The notes below the pieces were generated by a model, which worked only from the letters and a program-made list of their open reading frames with translations, searched no databases and had not been told where the DNA came from. A stretch of DNA of 59,146 bases, filler included, from Jimgerdemannia flammicorona (taxonomy: Eukaryota): the NCBI GenBank assembly GCA_003990765.1. It is 2 parts of 2 records of this genome, joined end to end, with 100 filler letters (N's around TTAATTAATTAA, not from the genome) between each part and the next. Parts side by side here need not be neighbours in the genome. Positions count along the whole stretch, not along the records: positions 1 to 29,524 come from RBNJ01000492.1; 1 more part is not named here. One strand, written 5' to 3'. A program made the position numbers and the translations under genes. This document shows, piece after piece, positions 12,492-23,829 of this stretch (within the stretch, counting starts at the first letter, position 1; the number at the start of each line of letters is the position of its first letter).

Positions 12492-13680
12492 ATGACAGAC
12501 AATATGAATGTAGATAGTGATGCTGCCATCCCCCCTGCTTCCTTTGCCAATTTGGCAGAGTTCAACAATCTGGCAGTCTATGTCACTACTGTATCTGCCG
12601 AGGTCCCTGTTCTCTTCCATACTGCTTGCACTAGAGTGCTTTCCACCCTTGAGGTCATCACCATAAAGGAATACCACACTGAGTTTCTATGGACCCAAGT
12701 TGCCAATTGGAAGTTTACTCCTTCTAAGAAGGTTGCTGCTTCAATCACTCTTCTTTCTGAGGAGCAGTGTGATACCACTCTTGCTACTGCTTCAGCAGAA
12801 GCTAAGCACTGTGCTATGGCTGCAGTCAAGGCTGCTATAACCACCAATGTTGCTACCATCCAGCATGCTAAGGACCAGTATACTAAAATTGACAAAGCCA
12901 TGAGTGTGTCATCTGAATCCCTCACCTTTTTTGAGATTCCCAAAGATGCTACTCAGGGACTATATAAGAATGTTTACACCATTTCTGCCTCCAAATGAGC
13001 AAGAACTACCTTGTTCTTCCTCCAAGATTTTGATATTGTCATGCATCAATCTTGTCATCTTACTGTCACTGCCACCACTAAGGCTGCCACTACTGCTGTC
13101 TGCCTGACTATCTCTGCATCCTCCTCTCTGCAAGATGGGATTTCTACTGCTGCCTACAAAGCCATGGTTGAGGAGCTTGGGAAACACCCTGAGATCATTA
13201 CTCCAGGTGTCAAACATATATTTGCTTCTACTGCTGCTGGTTCTGCCCAACTGAAAAAGAGTGTCCCCACTCCTCTACTCTCTACTACTGCATCTGCAGG
13301 GGTTGTGAGAAAGGTGAAGGTAGTGAGTGTGACTTCAGCCTCTACTGTACCAAACTGCCATAGCTGTTCTAGATATCTTGGTGTGCCTACGAAGGCCCAC
13401 CGGGGTCCTTATCTCCTAGCCCCTGCTGAGACAGTGAGTTCTATAAAAGGAGTCAAATGAGTGTGTAAGGCTTTGTCTTTCCCATCCATTTCTTCTGCTT
13501 TCACCAGGACTAGCCACTCGTTGACTTCAAGCTACTCATCTAAGAGTACCATTAGAGCATTTATGCTACAGTGCAATAAGTGTACTGCCCCCAAGAATCA
13601 TATTGTCTGGCATAATGTCAGTGATGTCTATCCTCTAGCTTCAAAAAACTAGAGGTCCACAGTCCAGAAGTCTCATATGA
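12492..13680 (+). pseudogene. ORF1 of the PLE-like element; Ala/Thr-rich protein of unknown function
   Basis: ORFs 12492-12998, 13011-13460 and 13461-13652 are in one frame and separated by TGA codons consistent with CGA>TGA. Confidence 0.65.
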
Positions 13681-13692
13681 CTTCCCAGCAAT

Positions 13693-15635
13693 ATGGTTTG
13701 GCCCTGATATCTCCATTCTACGTAGGGTAGCAGCCTCAACACCAATTGAGGATTTTGCCTTTGTATCTTCTCTTTCTGATTCTTGCTTAAGTCAGTTTTT
13801 CATTGGATGTTTACTGAGGAGGACTTTGTTACTGATATATCTCTGCCTTGGCTTACCCCCGAGCTCATATATATGCTGAACTTTGGCCCTAAGTTTGTTC
13901 TCCTCAGGTCAGTATCAATAAATAGTACCATTGACCCAATTTCATTGTCATCATTCCAATAGCATCTTGACCTTGCCACCTTCTGGACCTCTATGGGTAA
14001 CCCCAATGATGTTCTAGAGATCTCTGCCTGGGTGCCATCTAAATGGTGACTGCTGTATTATATGGAAAATATGTAAATTATGCTCTATATGAGTGCCATT
14101 TTGAATCAAGCCATCTGACCTACAATGAATGTGTCCAGTACACTTATACTGAAGAAGTTACATTGCCTTCTCAAAGGCATCTGCACTCATACTAACTTTA
14201 CAGTCTGTCTTACTAACAAAAATCTGGGGTTTGCTGTAATTCTGTATACTCTATATCTAGATAGTCTTCAGTCTCTCCTTCACGATCCTGTGTATGTGAA
14301 TGATTTCTCTATGATTGATAACATTAAGGAATCAGTGAGGCTAGACCTGCTTAGTCTACTTGAGTTCTGCATTGATGACCAAAGTTGTATGCTGATTTAG
14401 AAACACCTCATAGAGCCCAATGATTGCAAGCTTCCCATGTTTCACACTTTGCCTAAGATATACAAAGAGGTATACATGGCATGGTGCCCTATCATTGGTG
14501 CTTTTAACTCTCCCATGACCAAGATTTTGCATTTTCTATCTTGCTTTTTCTGCCTGTGGTTGGCTCATCTGTGCCATAATGTGGGTTACTTACATTATTC
14601 ACCTCTATGTGATATGTTAGAACTGCTACAATTGATTTGATTGGATTACCTAGATATGTCAGATTGTAACTATGTCACTACTGGGAATTTTGCCACCTTC
14701 TACACTAGAATCACACTAGATGAGTGCATCGACTGCCTCACTTTTTTGTTGATGGTGGCCTTTCTCTCTGGCTCTTTGCTGCTTGAAGCCATTTTTGGCC
14801 TTGTCTATATAGTCATAACTCATATGACATTCACATCTACCATTGATTCCTTCTGCTCCATAACTGGTATTGCTATGGGCACTAATTGTGCTCTGGATCT
14901 TATTAATCTTATTGGCTTTGCTTATGAGTTATATATCTTATAAGTGCTCAATCATCTGCTTAGTCAAGCTGTCACTACCAGGCTAAAGTTCCACTAGTAT
15001 ATTGATGATCTTATTGTCTTTATGCCCACAATTATGGACTTGGCCTCGGTTTTTGATGCCATGTACCCTCTACACTATTATATTGAATGAGAAGTCTTAT
15101 CTGCTGGGCCATACCATTACTTAGACCTGGAAATCTGTGTCACACTATTCTGCATGGGCCACTTTGCCAAATTCCCACATAGTACTCAGTTTGTTAACTG
15201 GTTGAGTAATCATCCTAGGAAGATGCTTTATCTATGCATTATAAATGAGACTTGCTGTTTTTCACTACTATGCTCATCTCACCATAATTGGCTTGATGAG
15301 TATTGGTCTTTGGCCGAATTCCTGGTTCACAGAAAAGGATACTCTATTGATGTTGTAACTGCTCAATTGAGTTTGGTTGATTGGCTTGAGGTCCAAACTT
15401 CACTTCTCACCCCTCTTCTTATTTCCCACCCCCCTATTTCACACTCTGCTTTTCCTCTCCCATTATTTGTTGTCCAATATGATATGGCCCAATAGCTATA
15501 TCAATAGCTCAACAAGACTCTACATACTGCTTTACTTCATTTTGGTTTCTCTGCAACTGCTTAATGACCAATTATCACCTGGAAGAATGGTTTTACTATT
15601 CTTAATGCCATCTCAAATCTAGCTTCGCTCTAAGT
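13693..15635 (+). pseudogene. ORF2 reverse transcriptase of the PLE-like element, with stops and a D>N change in motif A
   Basis: ORFs starting at 14125, 14437, 14641 and 15154 share the frame of the ATG at 13693. RT motifs as listed for the element. Confidence 0.82.
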
Positions 15636-16255
15636 CCTCCTTGAAGGCTGCACCATCTGTACATACTGTGTAATGTTTAAAAACATAAAAAATTACCAGA
15701 CAACCTCTGGCGCAAGGCTCTAGGCCTGATGCCTGTATATCTATACTCTGTGACATCTGTCTACCTCTGCTTGCTTCACTCACTCTGGTGCTAAGGCTCT
15801 ACTCTGCTCTAGTCATGAGACTCTAGACCTAATGCCTATGCTGATGATTTTTAGGGGTTTAATCTATAAGTGACAATCATGTAATGACACATGATACATC
15901 ATTGGTCTAGTTCCATTTTTAGTATTGTTTACTGATTGTGTAATATTAGATCATGTGACTAGTACCTTTTCCTAATTATTACTATATCAGGTTTTTAATG
16001 GTCCATCATGTGTGTAGATCAATGAAGCCTGATTCAGACCATTGTTTAGATTGGGGCAAGGTCCAGGTACTTATATACCAATCTGATTCCAGAATTCTGG
16101 AGTTAGATCCATGTCTTTGTTTACCCAAACTTTGTTCTCAATTTTGAATAAAGACTACCACGTATTGTGGTATCAAGGGTGGGTTGCAGATCTATTGTAC
16201 CTTGCTTTGGAAAAAACTTTATTCCACTTCCTTGTTCTGTTATGAAAATTTACAT

Positions 16256-16366
16256 AAGCTTATCATTTTCTACTGCTTGACCCTTTACTACCAATCTTCA
16301 TATCCACTATAACAGTATCACATCTCACTCTAAACTATTCCTCTATTCTCTACTTGTTTTATAATA
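16256..16366 (+). repeat. Right 111-bp terminal direct repeat of the PLE-like element, followed directly by poly(A)
   Basis: Direct repeat of 12375-12485 running into aaaaaaaaataataaaaaaaaaa. Confidence 0.93.
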
Positions 16367-16669
16367 AAAAAAAATAATAAAAAAAAAAGCTTAAGATATA
16401 GACATACTGGGCAATGTTTAGTAGAATTTCATTCATAAAGGTCATTGGACCTATGATGTCTTGGTTGGTGATATTGAACCCAGCTATATGCATTCTCTTC
16501 TAGATTCTTATAAAGAATGTTCTGAGTAATTCTCTGATATTTATCTTCATTCCCATAATAGATTTTCAAGCCTTGTGGCAGATCTCATTTCCTATATACT
16601 TTTCAATGAGCCAGTGGGTCATAGCTTTATATTTTACTTGCCAAGTTGGTACTGTATTGATAATGAGAT

Positions 16670-19070
16670 ATATGGTCACAGAGTACACACTTTATCCCAA
16701 GAGAACTACTCTTCAGAGAAGAAGATTCTGATGGAACCTCAGCTATAAATCTAGACCTAACTTGGTGATAAATTGACTCAGAAATCTAGAGACTATATCA
16801 AATCAGGAAGAAGGCAGAAGATTACATCATCAAGTTATAAGTACTAATAAGGAAAAATGTAGAAAAGAATCACAAGACTTTAGAACTCATTCAAATCAGA
16901 GAAAAGGTTCTACTATATTGAAATATAGTAGAACCCTTATAATCATGAAAACTGAAGCCCAAATGGGAAGAACTCTTCTATGTATAAGATATCAAAAGAA
17001 CTACCTTTTGGCTTAGAAAACTCTCAGAGACTATACTGCCTTTCATGATATATAGGAATAGACTCAAGAAGTATTACAAGCCTATATAAGAGAAGCAAAA
17101 TATAATGACCACCTGTGAGTTCTAGTCTACAAATTATAACAGCATATCCTGTAACTAGTAGACAATCTGTCTGGACCATTCTCTAAGGAATATAGTACTA
17201 GTAACTACTCATCCATAAGACTTTTAAAGCCAGAGAAGTTCAAACCATTAACTGATTAGTCAAGATCAGAATCAGGCCCTTGCTCTATATAAAGGGAGTA
17301 ACTTTTCACTATCATACCAAAATATATAAGAAAGATGTCAGCCTATAAATACCACTTTTTGACCCTCTGTCAGAGATTATAAGATTAGAATTTTTTTCAG
17401 ACTAGACTAATGAATAAGAAAATTCAAGAGAAGATTCTTATTTAGAAAGAAGATGTAATAGTAATCTCAGAATGATGATATCATTATAGGAGACAGTCTT
17501 TTCTTATAAGTTACTAGATTGAAGTACAAGAAGATTATATAGCATGACTTATCTAGGCTACAAGATGAGCAATGATAACTAACTATGAGTCATGATAACT
17601 ACAAAATAGACATCTCAAGGAATATAAAAGAAGGACTAAGAAACTACAGCAGCAGCAACTCAAACAAGACTCACAAAATCCCAAAATAGTTCAAAGACTT
17701 ACTATAAATAAAATATCTGCTACTCACTAAACTGTAAGATCTAGAAACCACCAAGGATTCTTAGTCCAAGAAAGGATATTCTAAGATATCAGGAGAGCCA
17801 TAAGGATCTATATTAGAAGAATTCCTAGCCTTAACTTGAATACTGGTAACTCTTACTACTTTATCCTCTATTACTGTGAAATAGAGATAAAGATCACTCC
17901 CACTACCAAATATCTCTAGATGTGGTAGAAATATGAAATAAGAAACCTCCTCTATTAGCAATTCTCTCAGGCTAGTCTTCAAGAGATATAAGATACCACC
18001 TCTATAGATATGTATATATAAATTGAGAGTAGCCAAAAAAATCTATCAGATCTTCAGGCATATATCTTGATCAATTCCCAACTTGAAGTATACCAGAGTC
18101 TCAGACTTCAAGGAATTGTCAGTCTACTATATAGATACACTAGAGGCCATAGTGGCTACAGAAGCCCAATTCACTATCACTCTCAAAAGTGATAAAGTGG
18201 AAGAGTTCTGGAATCCCATCCTCAAGAACAATTCAGATATATTCCTATAAGGATTAATCTCAGTATTCTAAAGCCCCAGTATCTAGGTTCAACTCTCTCA
18301 AGATCCTACTTTTGTCCCCTACTTTGTGGAGAAAAATGTCATAGATTAGAGAGTCTCTAATCTTCTTACTCCTCCCACTACTGCTGAATATAATAACATC
18401 ATCTCACTAATTGACATTCATGAAATATATGAAATGTGCAATATATGTAAAATATATAAAATAGATAAAATATTTGCTGACCTCATTTCCTTTGAAGATA
18501 TTCTGTTCTCAATCTCTAGTCTTAATGATAGAGATAAAGATGAAGTCTCCAGAATTTTGAACATTCTGCTCTAAGTTCTTTATATAACTGTTGGAATTAT
18601 TCTAGTATTCTGATCTTATATAACTATCAGAAATTATTTCAGTATTCTGATCTTATACAACTAATTATATAGATACTTAAATTTGTACTTACAATCTGAA
18701 GTTTTCTGTATTTAAATATCTTATTCAGTTATTGGAATTTATATTTAGTTTTATAACTTAGCAACTATTGAATTATATTTTATATAAATACCCCTCTCAT
18801 TTCTTTGAAATAAAGTCAGTAGTAAAGTATTCAAACACTCAGTATTCAAACACTACTCAAGAAGTATAGAAGTTCTAGTCCTCTACTTAATTCTAAGCAA
18901 GTAAATCCAAGAGACAATAGAATAGTTTAAAGATAAGAAGTTTGAGGACTATAAGACCTTGAAAAGGCACTCCAATAGAACTTACTTATAAGAAACTTAT
19001 AGTTGGTCTAAGAGATATATCTTGAAGAGAATCTGACATACTTGGAGAACTTAGTGCCCACTATATAACA
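16670..19070 (+). mobile_element. Remnant of a second Ty3/Gypsy family: integrase C-terminus, about 1.4 kb of further sequence, and a possible 3' LTR (about 18541-19070)
   Basis: Translation at about 16950-17080, KLKPKWEELFYV*DIKRTTFWLRKLSETILPFMIYRNRLKKYY, resembles a GPY/F module. A purine run precedes TG at 18541 and TATAACA ends at 19070. LTR limits are uncertain. Confidence 0.6.
18579..18662. repeat. Tandem repeat of about 36 bp, about 2.3 copies
   Basis: ttatataactgttggaattattctagtattctgatc / ttatataactatcagaaattatttcagtattctgatc / ttatacaact. Confidence 0.7.
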
Positions 19071-19116
19071 ATATATATATTTATATAAGTATATCTAATA
19101 TATAAGTTATATTATA

Positions 19117-19316
19117 GATTTTGATTAAAGAATTCAGATTGAATAATTTGAATTAAGTAATTTAGATATGTATAATTTAGATTAAGAATTTAAATTGAGT
19201 AATTCAGATTAATCTGAGTTGGCTCAGATTGTTTCAGATTTGAGATTCAGATCAAACTATTATATAATAAATTGAATCTGAATTTGATTCAAATTAACTT
19301 ATTCAGAACATTACTA
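19117..19316. mobile_element. Possible degenerate DNA-transposon end with subterminal (T)TCAGATT repeats (hAT/MITE-like)
   Basis: Many ttcagatt/ttagatt/aatctga units, consistent with CpG-decayed TCGGAT, ending ...cagaacattacta. No partner end was found. Confidence 0.3.
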
Positions 19317-19327
19317 AGAATAAGAAA

Positions 19328-21338
19328 TCCTCTTTAAACTTAAATCTCAAGAGATTTAGTCTATATATAGTAGAATAAGTTTCTTGAGTATAATTATAAG
19401 AGAAGAGCAATATATCTATTTTATTATAAAGAACTATAATTTCTCAACTTAATTAGAAAAGAGAAAGAATAATTGAAAGACTTCTTAATACTATATATAT
19501 TAAGTCTCTAAGTAATATTTTATTATTTAAGTTATCTTAGAATATGTTTGAGATAGTAATAAGTATTATTACATTGAGCTATAGAAGTGGCAAATAGTTG
19601 CTAAAGAGTATAGTATATATTATTAGTAAGTATTTAAGTAGATACTGAGTAATTATTTCATTAGTTGACTCAGTACTCTATATTAACTATATTGATAAAT
19701 ATCTCAATATTACTATTCTTTCTACTAAATATTAGAATTTACAAAATCTTAGTAGACTTATTCTACTCTATTATCTAATCAATTAGTCTGATCAGCAATG
19801 CTAACTACTAGATTAAAGCTTGAATATATTTATTAGTTATTGAGTCTACTTGTAGTAATCTTATAAAAGTTGATTTTTTTAATAAAAAGTCTACTTAGTA
19901 GAGTTGAGATACTGTATAACTTGGAATTATCTAGTTTCTAGTAAGGAAATCAAATAGATTAGTAAGATTGAGTAGTTCAAAATATTAGACTGATAGCTGG
20001 TCTTATTCTGAGTTTTAGAGTCTTTAGCCCTATTAGTCACTAGAGATAACTGTTTAGAATATTTCTAGGTCTATAATTTCTAGTTCACTATCATCAGATT
20101 GATAATTTTCTAGATTTCTTTAATATTACTCTCTTAATAAGTTTGATATTATAATTCTAACTTGATTCTTTAAAGAGGATTTTAGATTCTAATTAAGTAA
20201 AGAGTCCTACTTCTGGTTCTAAAGCTTGTAGAAGAGAGTCTAACTATTCTTATTAGTATTTAGTTATTGAATTTATATAGTAAATTATTGTTCAGTAATA
20301 GAGAGATATTTAGATTAAAGTGAAGTAGTATTTATAATTATTTATACTATAATAGAGAGTTTAAAGATATAGTTTAAAAATTTCTAAATAGCTATAATAG
20401 TTAATTCTAAAGTCTTAGTAATACTAGTATAACTTTAGATAAGAGTGTTAAACCTATAATATATAGCTGCAGATATTTCTAAAATCTGGATAGTAGTTTC
20501 TAAATATCTAGTATAGGTTCTGATAAGCTTAATTAACTAGTTGTTATCTGAGGTCTTGATTAGTTTTTTTTTTTTAACTCTACCTAATCCTAATGACTAC
20601 TGCTAAATAAGCTCTTATTTGTAGGTCAACTCTTAAGTTATCTATAGTTATTTCTGGATTTTTCTATTCAAGATTAGATCTTAATTTTAACTTATAGAAG
20701 AGTATTCTTGATATTATCTTAGCTTAGAATTCTACTACTACTAAGTTATAATAATACTTATAACTACTCTAATCTTATCTTTGGATAACTTAAGTTATAA
20801 TATATTACTTAAGAACTTGATATATATAGTATTAAAAAGTCTTTCAATTATATATTCTTTCTCTTTTCTAACTAAGTTGAGAAAGTATAGTTTCTTTATA
20901 ACAGAATAACTATATTACCCTTCTCTTGTAACTATAGTAAAAGAACTTGTTCTTCTGTATACAGACTGAATCTCTTGAGATTTAGGTTCAAAGGAGTTTT
21001 TTTAGATTTATATATCAGTTCTCAGTATGGCAGAAGTTAGCTAGACTTCTGAAGTTTAGTTAAAAGGCTAGAGTAACTTAGAGGAGAATATATATATACA
21101 TATAAGAGACTTGTGGTTTTCTTTATGTGAACTGAACTAAAACAGCCTTGTTTTGAATACAATTGCTAGGGTATTTATACATGTTGGCTAAGTAATGGTT
21201 TATAGATTTTGGCTAAGTATGTATGCTAATTTAAATATGTTTATACTTGGAACAGACACTGTTTACACTTGGAACAAACAGGCTGTTTGTTTTTAGAGCA
21301 AACATCTGTTTGCTTTTGGGACAAACTTCCAGGGAGTT
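19328..21338 (-). mobile_element. Unidentified, heavily eroded repeat with about 210-bp inverted arms (19328-19536 and 20784-20995) and palindromic subterminal motifs at 21247-21320
   Basis: No CpG and extremely TpA-rich. The arms align in reverse complement. Stop-riddled coding-like sequence on the minus strand; ends where CpGs resume. Confidence 0.5.
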
Positions 21339-22087
21339 CGGCGCCTCATTTTTCACGTCTTGTTTGTCTCTTTGTTCATATGCCGCTCGTTCGCCAGGTC
21401 ACGTGATCATCCTTCACGTCTTCTTCGAAGATCGTTCGTTTGTCATGTAATTCTATTATAACCTTTTACGCACAAAACTTTAATTGAGTGATAATATATA
21501 TATCCTTTATTTCATATTTATAACATGCAAATTTGCATGATATATTATTTTTATAGCTTTTATAATTTTTTATAAAAGTTTCCTATATATTCAATTTTTG
21601 ATTTTCATGAAAGAAAGAGTGGTTTTTATTTATTTATATAAATTCAAAGGGGTTGTAATCAACTTCATATTTCATGTAAATTTAAGTGTAAAATAAACTA
21701 TAGAATATATAGTAATGCATATGCTTAGGATTAGATTCATATGAAGTTATAGAGTTTACAGGTGATTAATTACTCTATCGTGGCGTAAAATGTACAAAAA
21801 TAAAAATATATATCGTGTAGATTGGACGCCTACGACGTTAGGCGGAATGGTTGGTGTTGAGGAGGATAAGAGAAGGGGAGGAGAAGGAAGGGAAGGATCA
21901 AGGATGTCCCAAAATTGAGAAGTGCGTCGCGTAGAGATACCGAAAGGTGTAGGAAATCCAGACAAGGCGGACGGAAAAAAAGGAATGACTGCCGCTGTAG
22001 AGCAAAAGCTCGTTCAAGGGAAAACGGGGCAATATTTGGTGTGCAAGTCGCCTCCTTCGCTTGTTTCGGCCTTAATGGCATGCTCGC

Positions 22088-23041
22088 TCACTGCTCATGG
22101 GAATCGAGAAACCATCCGCCTATGACGGATCGGATCTCTGTTGCAACCGGGTCTCCACGAACCTCGAGGGAGCGAAGTAACTGCACGCCATTATACTCCT
22201 GGATGCACAGCGCGTAGCGGTTAATGTTGGCGTTGATCTGTGGCCTTTTTCGAAATTTTCGCCGCTCACCGTCGCCGATCAAGAGAATGGACTTGAGGTC
22301 GAGGATTGCCTGCATGATATCACCTTCGTTGGTCGAGGTCAACTGGTTGCAACGAGACTCGATGACGGTGCGGTACGTATCGTCTCCAAAGCAAGGCCTG
22401 CGGAGCTGGCCGCAGCGAGAACATGAGGGGCCTTTGTGACATTGCTTTTTGTCACACTTGCATCCAGCGCAGGCCATTCTGGGCGGGATCCGTTTCAGTG
22501 TGTTCGTGATCACGGCGTGGTTTTGACATCGTCTCTTCTTCCTTAGACAGGCTGCGCAATCCCGATAACGAAGCGGACCGGTTGGCAGCGCATCCGAAAT
22601 CGTTGGCGGCTCACTTGACATGCCTTCATGGGGTGCGCCAATATTTGGTGAAGGGATGCTAACGTGAGATGCAAGGTGAATTGAGAGGTTTTCCACGCCT
22701 TCGAAGACCTTTGAACATGCTGAATAGGGGCAGCGGAGGAACGGTGATATACTGTCGTGCATCTCGTCGATATGAGCGCGGATAGCATCTATTCCCTCGG
22801 AGGCGGAGAATTCCTTTGGGCATTCTGGGTAAGGGCAACAGAAACCAGAGAAGTTCGAAAGCGACATGTTGTTGAAGTGATAGGTCGATATTGGCAACGG
22901 TGAAGTAGACGCGCAACCTGCCTTTAAATATCCTGGGTAAAGGCTCAGGCTAGGTAGCGCGTCGGTGCCGTCGGTTCCGTTTTTAAAACATGGGAGGGAG
23001 GGGCGGTCGAGCGGATATACACGGCCAATCACTGTGGGCAT
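22088..23041 (-). CDS. Transcription factor with two C2H2 fingers, a partial Cys cluster and a Zn(II)2Cys6 domain (copy 1, intact; probable start ATG 22867, 259 aa)
   Basis: CPYPEC...HIDEMH; CPYSAC...HLASH; CAACLRKKRRC; CAGCKCDKKQCHKGPSCSRCGQLRRPC fits C-x2-C-x6-C-x5-C-x2-C-x6-C. The Met at 22867 aligns with the starts of copies 2 and 3. Confidence 0.82.
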   Translation of the reverse strand: MPTVIGRVYPLDRPSLPCFKNGTDGTDALPSLSLYPGYLKAGCASTSPLPISTYHFNNMSLSNFSGFCCPYPECPKEFSASEGIDAIRAHIDEMHDSISPFLRCPYSACSKVFEGVENLSIHLASHVSIPSPNIGAPHEGMSSEPPTISDALPTGPLRYRDCAACLRKKRRCQNHAVITNTLKRIPPRMACAGCKCDKKQCHKGPSCSRCGQLRRPCFGDDTYRTVIESRCNQLTSTNEGDIMQAILDLKSILLIGDGERRKFRKRPQINANINRYALCIQEYNGVQLLRSLEVRGDPVATEIRSVIGGWFLDSHEQ

Positions 23042-23829
23042 GGGCTATGCAATTCGGAGAGTCGGATGCCGACATCTGTCGGCCAATTGGAAATCTCCCG
23101 TATATTGCGGAGCCGATCCGCAAAACTAATCACTCTGACCACCAGCTCCATTTCTGTCATCTCTGACCATCCATAGAAAACTCGTTAGCCATTCTGTGCT
23201 GTCCGAGGCCCACAGCAGATTTTTTTTTTTTTTTTAATATTTACAATATAAAGTATATATATATCTTACAATCCCTTTTAGCGGGAATCCGACGAGCCTA
23301 AGATTATCATCGGACAATAATAATCTTAAGGGAGATGCGATGCAAAACAATCCTCCTGTATGTGTCAGGCCCCCAGACAACGTTCGCGGACGTCGTCGCT
23401 CGCCAGAGGGAATGGAACGGTCGCAGAAGGAATAGATGGAGGCGACGGGACTCGGCGAATAGATTGGCAAGACGTGATAAGTAGGTAGCTTGGTAGGACA
23501 TGTTTGAGGTAATTTTATCGAACTCTTTTAATCCCACATTTTGTTGGCTGACACGAGCCCATTATCGAACAAAACAAACCCCTGCAGGAGATCATTTTAT
23601 GGAACTCTTTGACTGAAGCAGATCTCCACATTTTGTTTGTGCGACACGAGCCCAGATCGGAACCTCTCAGCCGGTCGTAATTACGTACCTTCTTCTGCAA
23701 ATATGGCAATTAAAAAGGACTTAGTTATTAGTGTTATAATACTATTTAATCGCTTAGACTTCATATAGAAATATCAATAATCCTCAAAAGAATGGAAAAA
23801 GGTGATATTTGACACCTGTTGTCCGTACC

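Larger units (their letters stand above)
12375..16388 (+). mobile_element. Penelope-like retroelement (PLE-type RT, two ORFs, no recognisable GIY-YIG endonuclease), with terminal direct repeats and a poly(A) tail
   Basis: PLE-type motifs LNFGPKFV, TNKNLG, FHTLPKIYK..WCPII, GNFATFYTRI, GIAMGTNCA, YIDD (14998-15009), YLDLEI and thumb WLSNHP...RKGYS. 111-bp direct repeats; A-tail at 16366-16388. Confidence 0.82.

Noticed and set aside
15645..15765. GCTICTYC and VY..ILCDIC as a GIY-YIG linker or start
   Set aside because: Needs a frameshift, no YIG/R/E motifs follow, and the region consists of short repeats. A consensus is needed to exclude it fully.
15841..15870. CTGATGA and a single TTAGGG in the PLE 3' UTR as a hammerhead or telomeric repeat
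   Set aside because: No GAAA after a stem II; one hexamer, not at a junction.
12375..16392. AAGCTT at both ends as a TSD of the PLE
   Set aside because: The hexamer is part of the element's own repeat (also at 16256), the right copy borrows tail As, and the two flanks do not rejoin into one sequence.
16389..16670. Continuation of the LINE or of the chromovirus gag after the PLE
   Set aside because: Translations match neither; it is an unassigned CpG-depleted fragment.
20077..20097. Hammerhead-like core on the minus strand, CTGATGA-TAG-TGAA-CTA-GAAA
   Set aside because: No convincing stem I or III and no NUH site; it lies in a protein-like frame (SDDSELEII) within AT-rich DNA, so probably chance.
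23515..23709. SDLGSCR as a protein-kinase DFG/DLG motif
   Set aside because: No other kinase motifs; it lies in a short internal duplication.
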